Assembly (NCBI GenBank): GCA_965230295.1
Contig: OZ246001.1
Span: 2,720,001 to 2,784,000 of the forward strand
Direction: 5' to 3'
DNA length: 64,000 bases
Origin: Marinicella sp.
GTDB lineage: Bacteria; Pseudomonadota; Gammaproteobacteria; Xanthomonadales; Marinicellaceae
Each line of letters begins with the position of its first letter. The stretch's first letter is position 1. The notes below the pieces were generated by a model. The model was not told the DNA's origin and did no database searches. It saw only the letters and a list, made by a program, of their open reading frames with translations. A program made the translations under genes and the position numbers. This document shows, piece by piece, positions 22,516 through 34,322 of the stretch.

Positions 22516-23707
22516 ATGTCAAAAGAAAAATTTGAACGCACGAAGCCCCATGTAAACGTGGGCACAATTGGTCACGTTGACCATGGTAAAACTACCTTGA
22601 CTGCAGCGATCACTAAAGTTGCTGCTGAGAAGCAAGGTGGAGAATTTAAAGATTACGATCAAATCGATAACGCGCCAGAAGAAAGAGAGCGTGGTATCAC
22701 GATTTCTACGGCTCACGTAGAGTATGAAACAGATGGTCGTCACTATGCGCACGTTGACTGTCCAGGTCACGCGGACTATGTGAAGAACATGATTACCGGT
22801 GCGGCTCAAATGGACGGCGCTATTTTGGTTGTGTCAGCAGCTGATGGTCCTATGCCACAAACCCGTGAGCACATCTTGTTGGCTCGTCAGGTTGGCGTAC
22901 CTTACATTGTAGTGTTCTTGAACAAATGTGATCAGGTTGACGACGAAGAGTTGTTGGAATTGGTTGAGATGGAAGTTCGTGAGTTGTTGAATGACTACGA
23001 GTTCCCTGGTGATGACACGCCATTGGTTATGGGTTCAGCGTTGAAAGCGTTGGAAGGTGATTCATCAGACATCGGTGTACCAGCGGTTGCAAAATTGTTG
23101 GACGAGATGGATGCTTACTTCCCGACTCCAGAGCGTGAGACTGATAAGCCCTTCTTGATGCCTATTGAAGACATCTTCTCAATTTCAGGTCGTGGTACTG
23201 TGGTAACTGGCCGTATTGAGACTGGTGTAGTTAATGTGGGTGAAGAGATTGAGATTGTTGGTATTCGTGACACCATCGACCACCACTTGTACGGGTGTAG
23301 AGATGTTCCGTAAGTTGTTAGACACAGGTGAAGCTGGTGACAACGTAGGTATTTTGTTGCGTGGTACTAAAAGAGATGAAGTTGAGCGTGGACAAGTACT
23401 GGCAAAACCGGGTACAATCACGCCCCACACAAAATTTGAAGCTGAAGTTTATGTGTTGAGTAAAGATGAAGGTGGTCGTCACACACCATTCTTCAAAGGT
23501 TACCGTCCACAGTTTTACTTCAGAACAACTGACGTGACTGGCGCATGTGAGTTGCCTGATGGTGTAGAAATGGTTATGCCTGGTGACAACGTCAAGATGA
23601 AAGTTGAATTGATTGCACCGATTGCGATGGACGAAGGTTTGCGCTTTGCGATTCGTGAAGGTGGCCGTACAGTAGGTGCGGGTGTAGTAGCAAAAATTAT
23701 TGAATAA
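22516..23707 (+). CDS. tuf: Elongation factor Tu (str-operon copy, tufA; extra C at ~23273, likely artefact)
   Basis: Near-identical to 6193-7383 except GACACCATCG vs GACACATCG and a few synonymous changes. Confidence 0.95.
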
Positions 23708-23720
23708 TTAATTGAATACG

Positions 23721-23746
23721 AGCAGTGGCGAAAAGCCACTGCTTTT
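23721..23746 (+). terminator. Hairpin between tuf and rpsJ
   Basis: AGCAGTGGC-GAAAA-GCCACTGCT followed by TTT. Confidence 0.55.
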
Positions 23747-23764
23747 AATTAGAGGCAAATTAAC

Positions 23765-24076
23765 ATGGCTGGTCAGAAAATCAGAATAAGACTTAAGGCG
23801 TTTGATCATAAATTAATCGATCAATCTGCAGGAAGAATCGTAGATACGGCGAAAAGAACCGGTGCCCAAGTGCGCGGTCCGATTCCTTTACCAACTAAAA
23901 AGGAACGTTTCACTGTATTGATTTCTCCACACGTAAATAAGGACGCCAGGGATCAATATGAGATTCGTACTCATAAGCGCTTGGTAGATATTGTAGACCC
24001 AAATGATAAAACAGTTGATGCATTGATGAAACTGGACTTATCAGCTGGGGTAGATGTTCAAATTCAATTGAACTAA
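23765..24076 (+). CDS. rpsJ: 30S ribosomal protein S10
   Basis: [11 protein letters not shown] and GPIPLPT motifs. Confidence 0.99.
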   Translation: MAGQKIRIRLKAFDHKLIDQSAGRIVDTAKRTGAQVRGPIPLPTKKERFTVLISPHVNKDARDQYEIRTHKRLVDIVDPNDKTVDALMKLDLSAGVDVQIQLN

Positions 24077-24087
24077 GGAGTTGAAAG

Positions 24088-24708
24088 ATGTCATTAGGTA
24101 TTATTGGAAAGAAAGTAGGCATGACACGCGTTTTCAACGACAAAGGCGAGTCAGTACCAGTCACTGTTATCAATGTTGAGCCCAATGTTGTGGCTCAAGT
24201 CAAAACCACAGAAACTGACGGATACAATGCTGTTCAAATCACCACAGGTGGTCGCAAGGCTTCAAAAGTAAGCGCACCAGCTGCGGGTCATTTTAAGAAA
24301 GCAGGTGTAGAAGCCGGTTCTATCACACGTGAATTCAGAACTGATCAAGAGTTCAACGCGGGTGATACGCTGGAATTAACCATGTTTGAAGACGGACAAA
24401 AAGTTCGTGTGACCGGTACCTCTAAAGGTAAAGGTTTTCAAGGTGTAATCAAGCGTTACAACTTCCACATGCAAGACGCCACCCATGGTAATTCATTGTC
24501 GCACAGAGCCCCGGGTTCTATCGGCCAATGTCAAACCCCAGGCCGTGTATTCAAAGGCAAAAAAATGTCTGGCCACATGGGTGCTGAGCGTGTAACCACT
24601 AAAAACTTAGAAGTGGTTAGGGTTGATCAAGAAAACAATTTGTTGTTGATCAAGGGTGCAGTACCTGGTGCAAAAACCAGTACAGTCATTGTTAGACCTT
24701 TGGTTTAA
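24088..24708 (+). CDS. rplC: 50S ribosomal protein L3
   Basis: [10 protein letters not shown] and [15 protein letters not shown]. Confidence 0.99.
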   Translation: MSLGIIGKKVGMTRVFNDKGESVPVTVINVEPNVVAQVKTTETDGYNAVQITTGGRKASKVSAPAAGHFKKAGVEAGSITREFRTDQEFNAGDTLELTMFEDGQKVRVTGTSKGKGFQGVIKRYNFHMQDATHGNSLSHRAPGSIGQCQTPGRVFKGKKMSGHMGAERVTTKNLEVVRVDQENNLLLIKGAVPGAKTSTVIVRPLV

Positions 24709-24728
24709 GCAGATAGCGGAGAAATATT

Positions 24729-25334
24729 GTGGAATTGACAGTATCAGGTAAAAAACAAAAAGTTGAAGTTTCAGAAGCTGTATTTGGCAGAGATTATTCT
24801 GAAGCCTTGGTTCATCAAGTTGTGACGTCTTACATGGCCACAGGCCGTGCAGGCACCAAAGCACAAAAGAACCGATCAGCTGTTAGCGGCGGTGGTGCCA
24901 AGCCTTGGAAACAAAAAGGCACAGGTCGCGCCAGAGCGGGAACTTCAAGAAGTCCAATCTGGGTTGGTGGTGGTAAAACATTTGCTGCTCAGCCTCGCGA
25001 CTTCACCAAAAAAGTGAACACCAAGATGTATCGCGCAGCCATGAAAACCATTTTGTCTGAATTAAACCGTTCAGAGCGTTTGGTTGTGGTGGCTGATTTG
25101 GACACCAAAAACGGTAAAACCAAAGAAGCCATCGAAATGTTGAATAAACATGGTGTTGAGAAAGGATGTTTGGTTGCGGCTGAACCTTCGGACAATTTAT
25201 TGCGTTCAACCAGTAACTTACCTTACGTATTCGTTACCAATGCACATGGCTTAGATCCAGTGTCTTTGGTTTATGCAGACAAAGTGGTTATGACCGTTGA
25301 CGCTGTTAAGCAAGTTGAGGAGTGGTTGTCATGA
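24729..25334 (+). CDS. rplD: 50S ribosomal protein L4
   Basis: KPWKQKGTGRARAG; GTG start. Confidence 0.98.
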   Translation: MELTVSGKKQKVEVSEAVFGRDYSEALVHQVVTSYMATGRAGTKAQKNRSAVSGGGAKPWKQKGTGRARAGTSRSPIWVGGGKTFAAQPRDFTKKVNTKMYRAAMKTILSELNRSERLVVVADLDTKNGKTKEAIEMLNKHGVEKGCLVAAEPSDNLLRSTSNLPYVFVTNAHGLDPVSLVYADKVVMTVDAVKQVEEWLS

Positions 25335-25630
25335 GTTTAAACAATTTATACACAACTATTTTAGCCCCCGTGATTTCAGAGAAATCAAACCGCGTTGGCG
25401 AGTTGGCTAATCAATACGTATTCAAAGTGGCTAAATCTGCAAATAAAGCAGAAATCAAAACAGCTGTTGAAAAATTATTCAAGGTGTCTGTTGAAGACGT
25501 CACTGTAATGAATGTGAAAGGTAAAACCAAAAGTTTCAGAATGAAGCCGGGTAAAAGACCAGATTGGAAAAAAGCCTATGTGCGCATCCAAGCTGATCAA
25601 ATGATCGACTTCGGTACGAAAGCTGAGTAA
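25331..25630 (+). CDS. rplW: 50S ribosomal protein L23
   Basis: APVISEKS and DWKKAYV. Confidence 0.98.
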   Translation: MSLNNLYTTILAPVISEKSNRVGELANQYVFKVAKSANKAEIKTAVEKLFKVSVEDVTVMNVKGKTKSFRMKPGKRPDWKKAYVRIQADQMIDFGTKAE

Positions 25631-25644
25631 TAAGGAGAACTATC

Positions 25645-26472
25645 ATGGCATTAACAGTACATAAACCAACTTCTCCAGGTAACCGCGGTAAAGTCACAGT
25701 TAAAAGAACTGGTCTTTATAAAGGCAGACCTGAAGCCAGCTTAACTGAAAAGAAATCAAAAACTGGCGGTAGAAACAATTACGGTCGCATCACCACGCGT
25801 CACAGAGGTGGTGGGCACAAACAAAAATACAGAATCATCGATTTTAAACGCAATAAAGATGACATTGCAGCCAAGGTTGAGCGCATCGAATACGATCCAA
25901 ACCGCTCTGCTTACATTGCCTTATTGCATTATGCCGATGGTGAGAAAAGATACATCATTGCACCGAAAGATTTAGAGCCTGGTATGCAAGTCATGTCTGG
26001 TACTTCGGTTGCCATCAAAGTGGGTAACGCATTGCCATTGGATAACATTCCAGTGGGTACCGTTGTTCACAATGTTGAGATGAAGCCTGGTAAAGGCGGG
26101 CAAATCGCTCGTGCAGCCGGCACCTCGGCCCGTCTGGTCGCGAAAGAAGGCGTATACGCCACTTTGCGTTTGCGTTCAGGCGAGATGAGAAAAATACCAG
26201 CCAAATGTCGTGCGACATTGGGCACGGTATCTAAAAGTGAGCATAACCTTGAAAAAATCGGTAAAGCCGGTGCCACTCGTTGGAGAGGTATCAGACCAAC
26301 CGTTCGAGGTGTTGCCATGAATCCAGTTGACCATCCGCATGGCGGTGGTGAAGGAAGGACCTCTGGTGGTCGTCATCCCGTGTCTCCATGGGGTTTGCCT
26401 ACCAAAGGACATAAAACGCGTAAGAACAAACGTACTGATAAGTTCATTGTTCGTCGCAGAGATAAGAAATAA
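25645..26472 (+). CDS. rplB: 50S ribosomal protein L2
   Basis: [17 protein letters not shown]. Confidence 0.99.
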   Translation: MALTVHKPTSPGNRGKVTVKRTGLYKGRPEASLTEKKSKTGGRNNYGRITTRHRGGGHKQKYRIIDFKRNKDDIAAKVERIEYDPNRSAYIALLHYADGEKRYIIAPKDLEPGMQVMSGTSVAIKVGNALPLDNIPVGTVVHNVEMKPGKGGQIARAAGTSARLVAKEGVYATLRLRSGEMRKIPAKCRATLGTVSKSEHNLEKIGKAGATRWRGIRPTVRGVAMNPVDHPHGGGEGRTSGGRHPVSPWGLPTKGHKTRKNKRTDKFIVRRRDKK

Positions 26473-26481
26473 GGTAGTTAT

Positions 26482-26754
26482 ATGCCAAGATCACTTAAAA
26501 AAGGTCCATTTGTAGACTTGAGCTTGATGAAAGCAGTCGAAAAGGCCGTAGAAGAGAACAGCAAGCGACCGATCAAAACATGGTCAAGAAGATCAATGAT
26601 TCTTCCTGATATGGTTGGTTTAACCTTGGCTGTTCATAATGGTAAACAACATGTTCCAGTTTTGATTTCTGAAGAAATGGTCGGACACAAGCTGGGTGAG
26701 TTTTCACCCACCCGTACATTCAGATCTCACATTGCTGACAAGAAGGCGAGGTAA
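26482..26754 (+). CDS. rpsS: 30S ribosomal protein S19
   Basis: [10 protein letters not shown] and MVGHKLGEF. Confidence 0.99.
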   Translation: MPRSLKKGPFVDLSLMKAVEKAVEENSKRPIKTWSRRSMILPDMVGLTLAVHNGKQHVPVLISEEMVGHKLGEFSPTRTFRSHIADKKAR

Positions 26755-27092
26755 TGATGGAAATAGTAGCTAAATTAAAGAGGGCCAATATTTCGGCTCA
26801 GAAAGTCAGATTGGTTGCCAACCAAATCAGAGGCATGAATGTTGAGCAAGCTGAACAGTTGTTAACCTTTAGCCCTAAAAAAGCCGCGCACATCGTAAAG
26901 AAAGCGTTGATGTCAGCCGTGGCCAATGCCGAGCACAACAATGGCATGGATGTTGATGAGTTATTTGTCAGTTCCATCTATGTTGATGAAGGCCCGACCT
27001 TGAAAAGAGGACGCGCCAGAGCGAAAGGCAGAGGTACACGAATTTTAAAAAGAACCAGCCACATCACTGTAAAAGTGGCTGAAGCATCGTAA
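26754..27092 (+). CDS. rplV: 50S ribosomal protein L22
   Basis: SAQKVRLVA and RAKGRG...KRTSHIT. Confidence 0.99.
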   Translation: MMEIVAKLKRANISAQKVRLVANQIRGMNVEQAEQLLTFSPKKAAHIVKKALMSAVANAEHNNGMDVDELFVSSIYVDEGPTLKRGRARAKGRGTRILKRTSHITVKVAEAS

Positions 27093-27102
27093 AGGCAAGA
27101 TT

Positions 27103-27792
27103 ATGGGTCAAAAAGTACATCCAATAGGTATCAGATTAGGAATTTCTAAACAACACAATTCCAAGTGGTACGCAGAAAAAGGTCAATTTGCTGATCAACT
27201 CGTTAAAGACATCAAAGTCAGAGAGTACTTGCATGAGAAATTAAAGCATGCATCTATCAGTAAAATTGAGATTGAGAGACCGGCTAAGAATGCTCGCATC
27301 ACCATCCACACTGCCAGACCTGGTATTGTGATTGGTAAAAAAGGTGAAGACATTGAGCAATTGAAAAACACCTTATCAAAAATGATGGGTTTGCCGACAC
27401 ATGTTAACGTGAATGAAATCAGAAAGCCTGAGTTAGATGCGCGTTTGGTTGCTGAAGGCATTGCCTCACAGCTGGAACGCAGAATCATGTTCAGACGCGC
27501 CATGAAACGTGCTGTTTCTAGTGCCATGCGATTGGGTGCCTTGGGCATTCGAGTGGCAGTTGCTGGACGTTTGAATGGTGCTGAGATTGCCCGTACTGAG
27601 TGGTACCGTGAAGGTCAAGTGCCTTTACACACTTTGCGTGCAGACATTGATTATTCAACAGCCAAAGCGTACACCACTTATGGTGTGATTGGCATCAAGG
27701 TTTGGATTTACAAAGGTGAAGTTTTCGATTTGGAAAACCACAACAGTGAATCAGAGAAGAAATCAGGTAAGAAAAGTCGGGGTAAAAAATAA
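27103..27792 (+). CDS. rpsC: 30S ribosomal protein S3
   Basis: [13 protein letters not shown] and [10 protein letters not shown]. Confidence 0.99.
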   Translation: MGQKVHPIGIRLGISKQHNSKWYAEKGQFADQLVKDIKVREYLHEKLKHASISKIEIERPAKNARITIHTARPGIVIGKKGEDIEQLKNTLSKMMGLPTHVNVNEIRKPELDARLVAEGIASQLERRIMFRRAMKRAVSSAMRLGALGIRVAVAGRLNGAEIARTEWYREGQVPLHTLRADIDYSTAKAYTTYGVIGIKVWIYKGEVFDLENHNSESEKKSGKKSRGKK

Positions 27793-28205
27793 TGTTACAG
27801 CCGAAAAGAACTAAATACAGAAAACAACAAAAAGGCCGAAACCGCGGTTTATCACATGGTGGTAGCAAAGTGAGCTTTGGTGATTTTGGATTGAAAGCAA
27901 CCACTCGCGGCTTATTGACTGCACGTCAAATTGAAGCGGGTCGTCGAGCCATTACCAGACACGTCAAACGTGGTGGAAAATTGTGGATTCGTGTGTTTCC
28001 GGACAAAGCCGTTACTGCCAAGCCAATTGAGGTAAGGATGGGTAAAGGTAAAGGTAACATCGAATATTGGGCCGCTGCCATTAAACCAGGTCGTGTGATC
28101 TATGAAATCCAAGGGGTTTCAGAAGAAATGGCCAGAGCAGCATTTGAAAAAGCAGGCGCTAAATTTCCTGTACAAACAACCTTCGTTAAACGGGTGGTGA
28201 TGTGA
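27792..28205 (+). CDS. rplP: 50S ribosomal protein L16
   Basis: [11 protein letters not shown] and RMGKGKG. Confidence 0.99.
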   Translation: MLQPKRTKYRKQQKGRNRGLSHGGSKVSFGDFGLKATTRGLLTARQIEAGRRAITRHVKRGGKLWIRVFPDKAVTAKPIEVRMGKGKGNIEYWAAAIKPGRVIYEIQGVSEEMARAAFEKAGAKFPVQTTFVKRVVM

Positions 28206-28393
28206 TGCAAGCGAAAGAATTAAAAAGTAAAGATCTTGCAGAGTTGCAGGAAGAATTAAACAAGTTGTTACAAAAGCAATTCGATTTAAGAATGGCTCGT
28301 GGTAATGGTCAATTAACAAAATTACATCTGATGCGTGAAGTTCGCAGAGACATTGCTCGCGTCAGAACTGTTATGAACCAAGCTAAAGGATGA
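28205..28393 (+). CDS. rpmC: 50S ribosomal protein L29
   Basis: QFDLRM...[10 protein letters not shown]. Confidence 0.97.
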   Translation: MQAKELKSKDLAELQEELNKLLQKQFDLRMARGNGQLTKLHLMREVRRDIARVRTVMNQAKG

Positions 28394-28659
28394 ATGTCAT
28401 GACTACAGAAACTAAAGTACAAAGAACCAAAAGCGGTGTGGTCACCAGTGACAAAATGAATCAAACCGTGACTGTGTTGATTGAAAGAAAAATCAAACAC
28501 CCCTTGTATGGTAAATACATCAAGAAGTCGACCAAGATTCATGCACACGATCCTGATAACAAGTGTCAACAAGGCGATGTGGTAAAAATCGCTGAATGTC
28601 GACCCATTTCCAAGACCAAATCTTGGAAAGTGGTTGAGATTGTTGAAGCAAGCAAATAA
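28390..28659 (+). CDS. rpsQ: 30S ribosomal protein S17
   Basis: [23 protein letters not shown]. Confidence 0.98.
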   Translation: MNVMTTETKVQRTKSGVVTSDKMNQTVTVLIERKIKHPLYGKYIKKSTKIHAHDPDNKCQQGDVVKIAECRPISKTKSWKVVEIVEASK

Positions 28660-28671
28660 GAGGTACTGACA

Positions 28672-29040
28672 ATGATACAAATGCAAAGTAGATTATCAGC
28701 AGCTGACAACTCCGGAGCCAAAGAAGTCCAATGTATAAAAGTGTTGGGTGGTTCTAAACGTCGTTATGCTGGTATCGGAGACATCATCAAAGTTTCCGTT
28801 AAGCAAGCCATACCTCGTGGCAAGGTTAAAAAAGGTGAAGTATATAACGCTGTGATCGTGAGAACGAGAAAAGGTGTCAGAAGATCTGACGGTTCTTTGA
28901 TTCGTTTCGATGGCAACGCTGTTGTGATGCTGAATGCCAAACTGGAGCCTATCGGCACCCGTATTTTTGGCCCTGTTACTCGTGAACTGAGATCTGGTAA
29001 ATTCATGAAGATTATTTCATTGGCACCAGAAGTATTATAA
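28672..29040 (+). CDS. rplN: 50S ribosomal protein L14
   Basis: ADNSGAK and [10 protein letters not shown]. Confidence 0.99.
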   Translation: MIQMQSRLSAADNSGAKEVQCIKVLGGSKRRYAGIGDIIKVSVKQAIPRGKVKKGEVYNAVIVRTRKGVRRSDGSLIRFDGNAVVMLNAKLEPIGTRIFGPVTRELRSGKFMKIISLAPEVL

Positions 29041-29050
29041 GGAAACGATT

Positions 29051-29368
29051 ATGCAAAGAATTAAACAAGGTGACGAAGTTATCGTTATTGCTGGACGCAG
29101 TAAAGGCCAACGTGGCAATGTCTTGAAAGTGATGCAAGACGGACGTTTGTTGGTGAACAATGTGAATACAGTTAAAAAGCATGTTAAGCCCAATCCTCAA
29201 ATTGAAGAAAAAGGCGGTATCAAAACACAGGAAGCGCCTATCGATGCTTCAAATGTGATGCTGTATAATCCTGCCTCCGGTAAAGGCGAACGTGTCGGAT
29301 TTAAAGTTTTAGAAAACGGCCGAAAAGTTCGAGTTTTTAAATCCAATGGTGAAGCAGTAGACGCTTAA
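29051..29368 (+). CDS. rplX: 50S ribosomal protein L24
   Basis: [15 protein letters not shown] motif and EAPIDASNV. Confidence 0.98.
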   Translation: MQRIKQGDEVIVIAGRSKGQRGNVLKVMQDGRLLVNNVNTVKKHVKPNPQIEEKGGIKTQEAPIDASNVMLYNPASGKGERVGFKVLENGRKVRVFKSNGEAVDA

Positions 29369-29378
29369 GAGAATTATT

Positions 29379-29921
29379 ATGGCCAGATTAGAAAAATACT
29401 ATAAAGAAGAAGTGGTTCCTAAGCTGATGGAATCCGGCAAATTTGCCAATGTGATGGAAGTGCCTAAGATCACTAAAATCACATTGAACATGGGTGTTGG
29501 TGAAGCCGTTGGGAACAAAAAGATATTACAACATGCAACCAGTGACATGGGAACCATTGCAGGTCAAAAACCTGTCATCACTCATGCCAAAAAGTCAGTA
29601 GCGGGTTTTAAGATTCGTGAAGACTGGCCGATTGGTTGTAAAGTCACACTCAGACGTCAAAAGATGTATGAGTTTTTGGATCGCTTGGTCAATGTTTCAT
29701 TGCCCCGAGTCAGAGATTTTCGTGGTTTGAACCCGAAATCTTTTGACGGCCGCGGTAACTACTCAATGGGTGTGAAAGAACAAATCATTTTCCCAGAAAT
29801 TGAGTATGACAAAATTGATGAGTTGCGTGGTATGGACATCTGTATCACCACCACTGCCAGAAACGATGAGGAAGCTCGCATGTTACTGGATCAATTTGAT
29901 TTTCCATTCAAAGGTAGGTAA
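29379..29921 (+). CDS. rplE: 50S ribosomal protein L5
   Basis: KITLNMGVG and [11 protein letters not shown]. Confidence 0.99.
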   Translation: MARLEKYYKEEVVPKLMESGKFANVMEVPKITKITLNMGVGEAVGNKKILQHATSDMGTIAGQKPVITHAKKSVAGFKIREDWPIGCKVTLRRQKMYEFLDRLVNVSLPRVRDFRGLNPKSFDGRGNYSMGVKEQIIFPEIEYDKIDELRGMDICITTTARNDEEARMLLDQFDFPFKGR

Positions 29922-29926
29922 TAGAC

Positions 29927-30232
29927 ATGGCTAAAGAATCAATGGTCCAACGTGACCTGAAAAGAAAAAGAATCGTGGCAAAGTATGCCGAAAAACGCGC
30001 AGCCTTGAAAAAGATCATTGCCGATCCTAAAACCACATTTGAAGAAATGATGGAAGCTCAAGAAGCGTTACAGAAGTTACCGAGAAATGCATCGCCTTCT
30101 AGAATGCGTAACCGTTGTCAAATTTCAGGTAGACCTCGCGGCTACTACAATAAATTTGGCTTGAGTAAAACAAAATTCCGTGAAGCTGCTATGCGTGGTG
30201 ACATTCCTGGTTTGAAGAAAGCCAGCTGGTAA
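29927..30232 (+). CDS. rpsN: 30S ribosomal protein S14 (long, zinc-independent form)
   Basis: 101 aa; [12 protein letters not shown] and PGLKKASW. Confidence 0.98.
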   Translation: MAKESMVQRDLKRKRIVAKYAEKRAALKKIIADPKTTFEEMMEAQEALQKLPRNASPSRMRNRCQISGRPRGYYNKFGLSKTKFREAAMRGDIPGLKKASW

Positions 30233-30246
30233 AGAGAGAATAGATT

Positions 30247-30642
30247 ATGAGTTTAAGTGATCCAATTTCAGACATGATTTGCAGCATCAAGAATGCGCAA
30301 GCTGTCAATAAAGAAAGTACTGTCACTCCTGCTTCTAAAGTGAAGAAAGGAATCTTGTCAGTATTACAACAGGAAGGCTACATCAGATCTTTTGAAGTTG
30401 TTGAAAAGGATAACCACCCTTTCATCAAAATCAACATCAAATACTACAGGAATCAACCTGTGATTGAGATGATCAAAAGAGTCAGTAAGCCTGGTTTAAG
30501 ACAATACCGTGGTAAAGATGAATTGCCACGTGTAGATGCCGGTTTCGGTACTGCTATTGTTTCAACATCAAAAGGTATCATGACCGATAAAACAGCCCGT
30601 GCTGAACAAATCGGTGGTGAGATCCTTTGCGTCGTTAAGTAA
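30247..30642 (+). CDS. rpsH: 30S ribosomal protein S8
   Basis: DPISDM, RVSKPGLR, STSKG. Confidence 0.98.
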   Translation: MSLSDPISDMICSIKNAQAVNKESTVTPASKVKKGILSVLQQEGYIRSFEVVEKDNHPFIKINIKYYRNQPVIEMIKRVSKPGLRQYRGKDELPRVDAGFGTAIVSTSKGIMTDKTARAEQIGGEILCVVK

Positions 30643-30656
30643 TTGGGAGAATCAGC

Positions 30657-31184
30657 ATGTCAAGAATTGCAAAAAAACCGATTTCAATTGCTTCTAACGT
30701 AGATTTCAGCGTCAAGGACAATGTGGTGACTGTCAAAGGTCCCAAAGGTCAATTGACCATGAATCTGCATGAAGATGTATCAGTTGAACAAAATGACGGT
30801 GAATTGAACGTTTCTGCCAAAAATGATGACATGGTTTACATGGCTGGTACCATGCGTTCATTGATCAACAACATGGTAGAAGGCGTGTCCAATGGTTTCT
30901 CAAAGAAACTACAATTGGTCGGCGTTGGTTATCGTGTTGCCATGAAAGGAAAAGATTTGGACTTGAACTTAGGTTTCTCGCACCCAGTTATCTACCCAGC
31001 ACGTGAAGGCATCACATTTGAAGTGCCTACACAAACTGAAATTGTAGTGAACGGAGCTGACAAGCAACAAGTGGGTCAAGTCGCTGCAGAAATCAGAGCC
31101 ATCAGACCGCCAGAGCCTTACAAAGGCAAAGGTGTTAAGTATGCTGATGAAAGACTGTACAGAAAAGAGGCCAAGAAAGCGTAA
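30657..31184 (+). CDS. rplF: 50S ribosomal protein L6
   Basis: MSRIAKKPI and RPPEPYKGKG. Confidence 0.99.
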   Translation: MSRIAKKPISIASNVDFSVKDNVVTVKGPKGQLTMNLHEDVSVEQNDGELNVSAKNDDMVYMAGTMRSLINNMVEGVSNGFSKKLQLVGVGYRVAMKGKDLDLNLGFSHPVIYPAREGITFEVPTQTEIVVNGADKQQVGQVAAEIRAIRPPEPYKGKGVKYADERLYRKEAKKA

Positions 31185-31202
31185 TGCTTCTTTGAAAAAA
31201 CT

Positions 31203-31559
31203 ATGCATAAGAAAAATACACAACGAATTAAAAAAGCAACCAGAACCAGAGCTAAATTGCGTGAATTGGGTGTGCCATCTTTATCGGTACACAAAACAGG
31301 TCAACACCTGTATGCGCAAATTTTTTCAGGAGATGGTAAATCAACTTTGGCTGCGGTTTCTACCCAGGAAAAAGGTTTGCTAGCTGATGGCGCATCACGC
31401 ACCAACATCGAAGCTGCACAAGCAGTCGGTAAAGCAATCGCTGAGAAAGCCAAAAAAGCAGGTGTTGAATCTGTTGGGTTTGATAGATCAGGTTATATCT
31501 ATCATGGCAAAATTAAAGCATTGGCTGAAGCAGCACGTGAAGCGGGGTTGAAATTCTGA
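31203..31559 (+). CDS. rplR: 50S ribosomal protein L18
   Basis: [10 protein letters not shown]...AREAGLKF. Confidence 0.98.
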   Translation: MHKKNTQRIKKATRTRAKLRELGVPSLSVHKTGQHLYAQIFSGDGKSTLAAVSTQEKGLLADGASRTNIEAAQAVGKAIAEKAKKAGVESVGFDRSGYIYHGKIKALAEAAREAGLKF

Positions 31560-32086
31560 TGAATGATAAAAGAAAAAATATGGCAGACAAAGATCAAGGT
31601 GATAACCTGTTAGAAAGATTGGTTGCTGTCAACCGTGTGGCCAAAGTGGTTAAAGGTGGTAGACAGTTTGGTTTTGCTGCATTGACTGTGGTTGGTGATG
31701 GTAAAGGTAAAATTGGTTTTGGTTACGGTAAAGCAAAAGAAGTACCAGTAGCGATTCAAAAAGCCATGGATCAAGCCAGACGTAACACCACTGATGTGAG
31801 CTTGAAAGGCAACACCTTATGGCATGCCACCAAAGCGAAACATTCAGGATCACGTGTTTACATGCAGCCTGCATCTGAAGGTACCGGTGTTATTGCTGGT
31901 GGTGCGATGCGTGCTGTATTCGACGTGGTTGGCGTGGAAAACGTTTTGGCCAAATCTCAAGGCTCAAACAACCCAATTAATTTGGTCAGAGCAACCATCA
32001 AAGGTTTGCAACAAATGACTTCACCTGAAGACATTGCTGCCAAGCGTGGCAAGACTCCTGAAGAGGTAATGGAAAATCATGGCTAA
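31559..32086 (+). CDS. rpsE: 30S ribosomal protein S5
   Basis: [12 protein letters not shown] and [12 protein letters not shown]. Confidence 0.99.
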   Translation: MNDKRKNMADKDQGDNLLERLVAVNRVAKVVKGGRQFGFAALTVVGDGKGKIGFGYGKAKEVPVAIQKAMDQARRNTTDVSLKGNTLWHATKAKHSGSRVYMQPASEGTGVIAGGAMRAVFDVVGVENVLAKSQGSNNPINLVRATIKGLQQMTSPEDIAAKRGKTPEEVMENHG

Positions 32087-32279
32087 AGCAAAGAAAGTTG
32101 GTCAAGTTAAAGTGACACAAATCAAAAGTACCAACAAATCATTGGCTAATCACAAGGCCTGTGTCAGAGGATTAGGTATCAGAAAAATGCACCAATCACG
32201 TGTGGTTGATGCGACTCCTGAGAACCTAGGAATGATTAACGCAGCTATTCACTTGTTAAAAGTTGAAGAAGTTAAATAA
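32079..32279 (+). CDS. rpmD: 50S ribosomal protein L30
   Basis: [25 protein letters not shown]. Confidence 0.96.
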   Translation: MAKAKKVGQVKVTQIKSTNKSLANHKACVRGLGIRKMHQSRVVDATPENLGMINAAIHLLKVEEVK

Positions 32280-32297
32280 TCGTAGGTGGATGAGACT

Positions 32298-32729
32298 ATG
32301 AAACTAAATACAATTAAACCTGCAGAAGGATCTACCAAAGTCGGCAAACGTGTTGGCCGTGGTATTGGTTCTGGTTTAGGTAAAACTTGTGGCCGTGGTC
32401 ACAAAGGTCAAAAATCACGTTCAGGTGGCTTCCACAAAGTGGGCTTTGAGGGTGGTCAATTACCTATTCATAAAAGATTACCGAAATACGGTTTTACTTC
32501 ACAAATGGCCGATTCACGTGCTGAATTGTGTCTGTATCACCTGAATGCAATCGATGCCGCTGATATTGATGTGGCTTACTTGATTGAAAACGGTTATGTG
32601 AAAAGGGGTGTGACCAAAGTTAAAGTGATCAACACTGGAACCATTGAGAAGGCGGTTAATCTGAAAGGATTACACGTCACTAAAGGTGCGCAAGCAGCCA
32701 TTGAAAAAGCCGGCGGAAAAGTAGAATAA
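32298..32729 (+). CDS. rplO: 50S ribosomal protein L15
   Basis: [21 protein letters not shown] and GFEGGQ. Confidence 0.99.
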   Translation: MKLNTIKPAEGSTKVGKRVGRGIGSGLGKTCGRGHKGQKSRSGGFHKVGFEGGQLPIHKRLPKYGFTSQMADSRAELCLYHLNAIDAADIDVAYLIENGYVKRGVTKVKVINTGTIEKAVNLKGLHVTKGAQAAIEKAGGKVE

Positions 32730-32730
32730 T

Positions 32731-34089
32731 ATGTCAAGCAGACAAGAACAAGTAGAAAAATTACTCGGTAATAAAAAAGGTTTGAGTGAACTCAAGAGCC
32801 GTATTTTATTTGTCATTGGTGCCTTGATCATTTATAGAATGGGCACATTTTTGCCTGTTCCAGGTGTAAACCCTGCCGCCATGGCTGAATTGTTGAAACA
32901 AAATTCAGGTGGCCTGTTAGACATGTTTAACATGTTCTCAGGTGGTGCACTGGGCCGTTACTCAATCTTTGCATTGGGTGTGATGCCATACATTACGGCA
33001 TCGATCATCATGCAGATTCTGAGTCACACGGTTCCTGCCTTGCGTGAATTGAAGAAAGAAGGTGAGACCGGGCGTCGCAAGACCACTCAGTACACCCGTT
33101 ACTTCACCATCATTCTGGCTGTTGTGCAATCATTCAGCATCACTTCGGCCTTGCAGAATTTTGATGCAGCTGGCGGTGTGCCAGTGGTTCCACAAGGTGG
33201 ATTCGGCTTCTTATTCACTGCTACAGTGTCATTGACTGGTGGCACCATGTTCTTGATGTGGTTGGGTGAGCAAATCACCGAGCGCGGCATCGGTAATGGT
33301 ATTTCATTGATCATTTTTGCTGGCATCGTGGTTGGTTTACCAGGCGCGGTATACTCAGTATTTAATTTAGTCAGTGAAGGTCAAATGAATGCATTGTGGG
33401 CCTTGTTACTGATGGTGATTGCCTTAGGTTTGACCGCATTCATCGTGTTTGTTGAAAGAGGCCAACGTCGCATCACCATGCAGTTTGCCCGTCGTGGTGG
33501 AAGGCAAGCCACCCAAGCACAAACTTCATACCTGCCTTTGAAAGTTAACATGTCTGGCGTGATCCCTGTGATCTTCGCTTCGTCTTTGGTGTTATTCCCA
33601 AGTACGATTGCCAGCTTTGTGGGTCAAAGTAAAGGTTTTGAATGGTTGACTGACTTATCACAACAACTGACACCTGGTAACACCTTGTACATGATTTTCT
33701 TCGGTATCCTGATTGTGGGTTTTGCGTTTTTCTATACAGCATTGACGTTCAACTCAGACGAAACCGCAGACAATTTGAAACGCCAAAGTGCGGTCATTCC
33801 TGGCATCAGACCAGGTAAACAAACTTCTGTTTATCTAGATGGTGTGTTGACCCGCGTGACATTTTGGGGTTCTTTGTACTTGTTGGGTGTAAGCTTGTTA
33901 CCCGATGTGGTTAATCAATTCATCACTGTACCGTTCGCTTTGGGTGGTACTGGTTTATTGATTGTTGTGGTTGTGGCTATGGATTTTATGGCTCAATTGC
34001 AAAACCATTTGGTGTCACAGCAGTATGATTCTGTGCTGAAAAAATCAAACATTAAGAATTACCGCAGATCCAACAAGATCCGCAGGTAA
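32731..34089 (+). CDS. secY: Preprotein translocase subunit SecY
   Basis: Ten TM helices; SIFALGVMPYITASI and GIGNGISLII. Confidence 0.99.
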   Translation: MSSRQEQVEKLLGNKKGLSELKSRILFVIGALIIYRMGTFLPVPGVNPAAMAELLKQNSGGLLDMFNMFSGGALGRYSIFALGVMPYITASIIMQILSHTVPALRELKKEGETGRRKTTQYTRYFTIILAVVQSFSITSALQNFDAAGGVPVVPQGGFGFLFTATVSLTGGTMFLMWLGEQITERGIGNGISLIIFAGIVVGLPGAVYSVFNLVSEGQMNALWALLLMVIALGLTAFIVFVERGQRRITMQFARRGGRQATQAQTSYLPLKVNMSGVIPVIFASSLVLFPSTIASFVGQSKGFEWLTDLSQQLTPGNTLYMIFFGILIVGFAFFYTALTFNSDETADNLKRQSAVIPGIRPGKQTSVYLDGVLTRVTFWGSLYLLGVSLLPDVVNQFITVPFALGGTGLLIVVVVAMDFMAQLQNHLVSQQYDSVLKKSNIKNYRRSNKIRR

Positions 34090-34130
34090 AAAAAGTCATT
34101 TCCAGCCTTGCCATTGTTTTTAGAAAATGA

Positions 34131-34170
34131 TGGCATTGCTGTTTTTAATGATATATAATTTGCGCCCTTT
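34131..34170 (+). promoter_or_regulatory. Alpha-operon promoter
   Basis: TGGCAT-17 bp-TATAAT (34154) followed by a GCGCCC discriminator. Confidence 0.55.
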
Positions 34171-34322
34171 CGTAAGGATACCCTGATAAATTCAATTGAT
34201 TTATCAGGGTTTTCTACAGGGGCAAAGAGGAAAGGTTAAATACCTTTTTGTGTAATATAAAGAGTGATCATCAGCTTCCGGTGAGGGTGATGCCTGCTCT
34301 TTTGAGGATTCAGGAGTAAAAA

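Noticed and set aside
20401-23707. Programmed frameshifting or genuine pseudogenes in fusA and tuf
   Set aside because: No slippery heptamer or further decay; single-base indels in otherwise perfect essential genes point to consensus errors.
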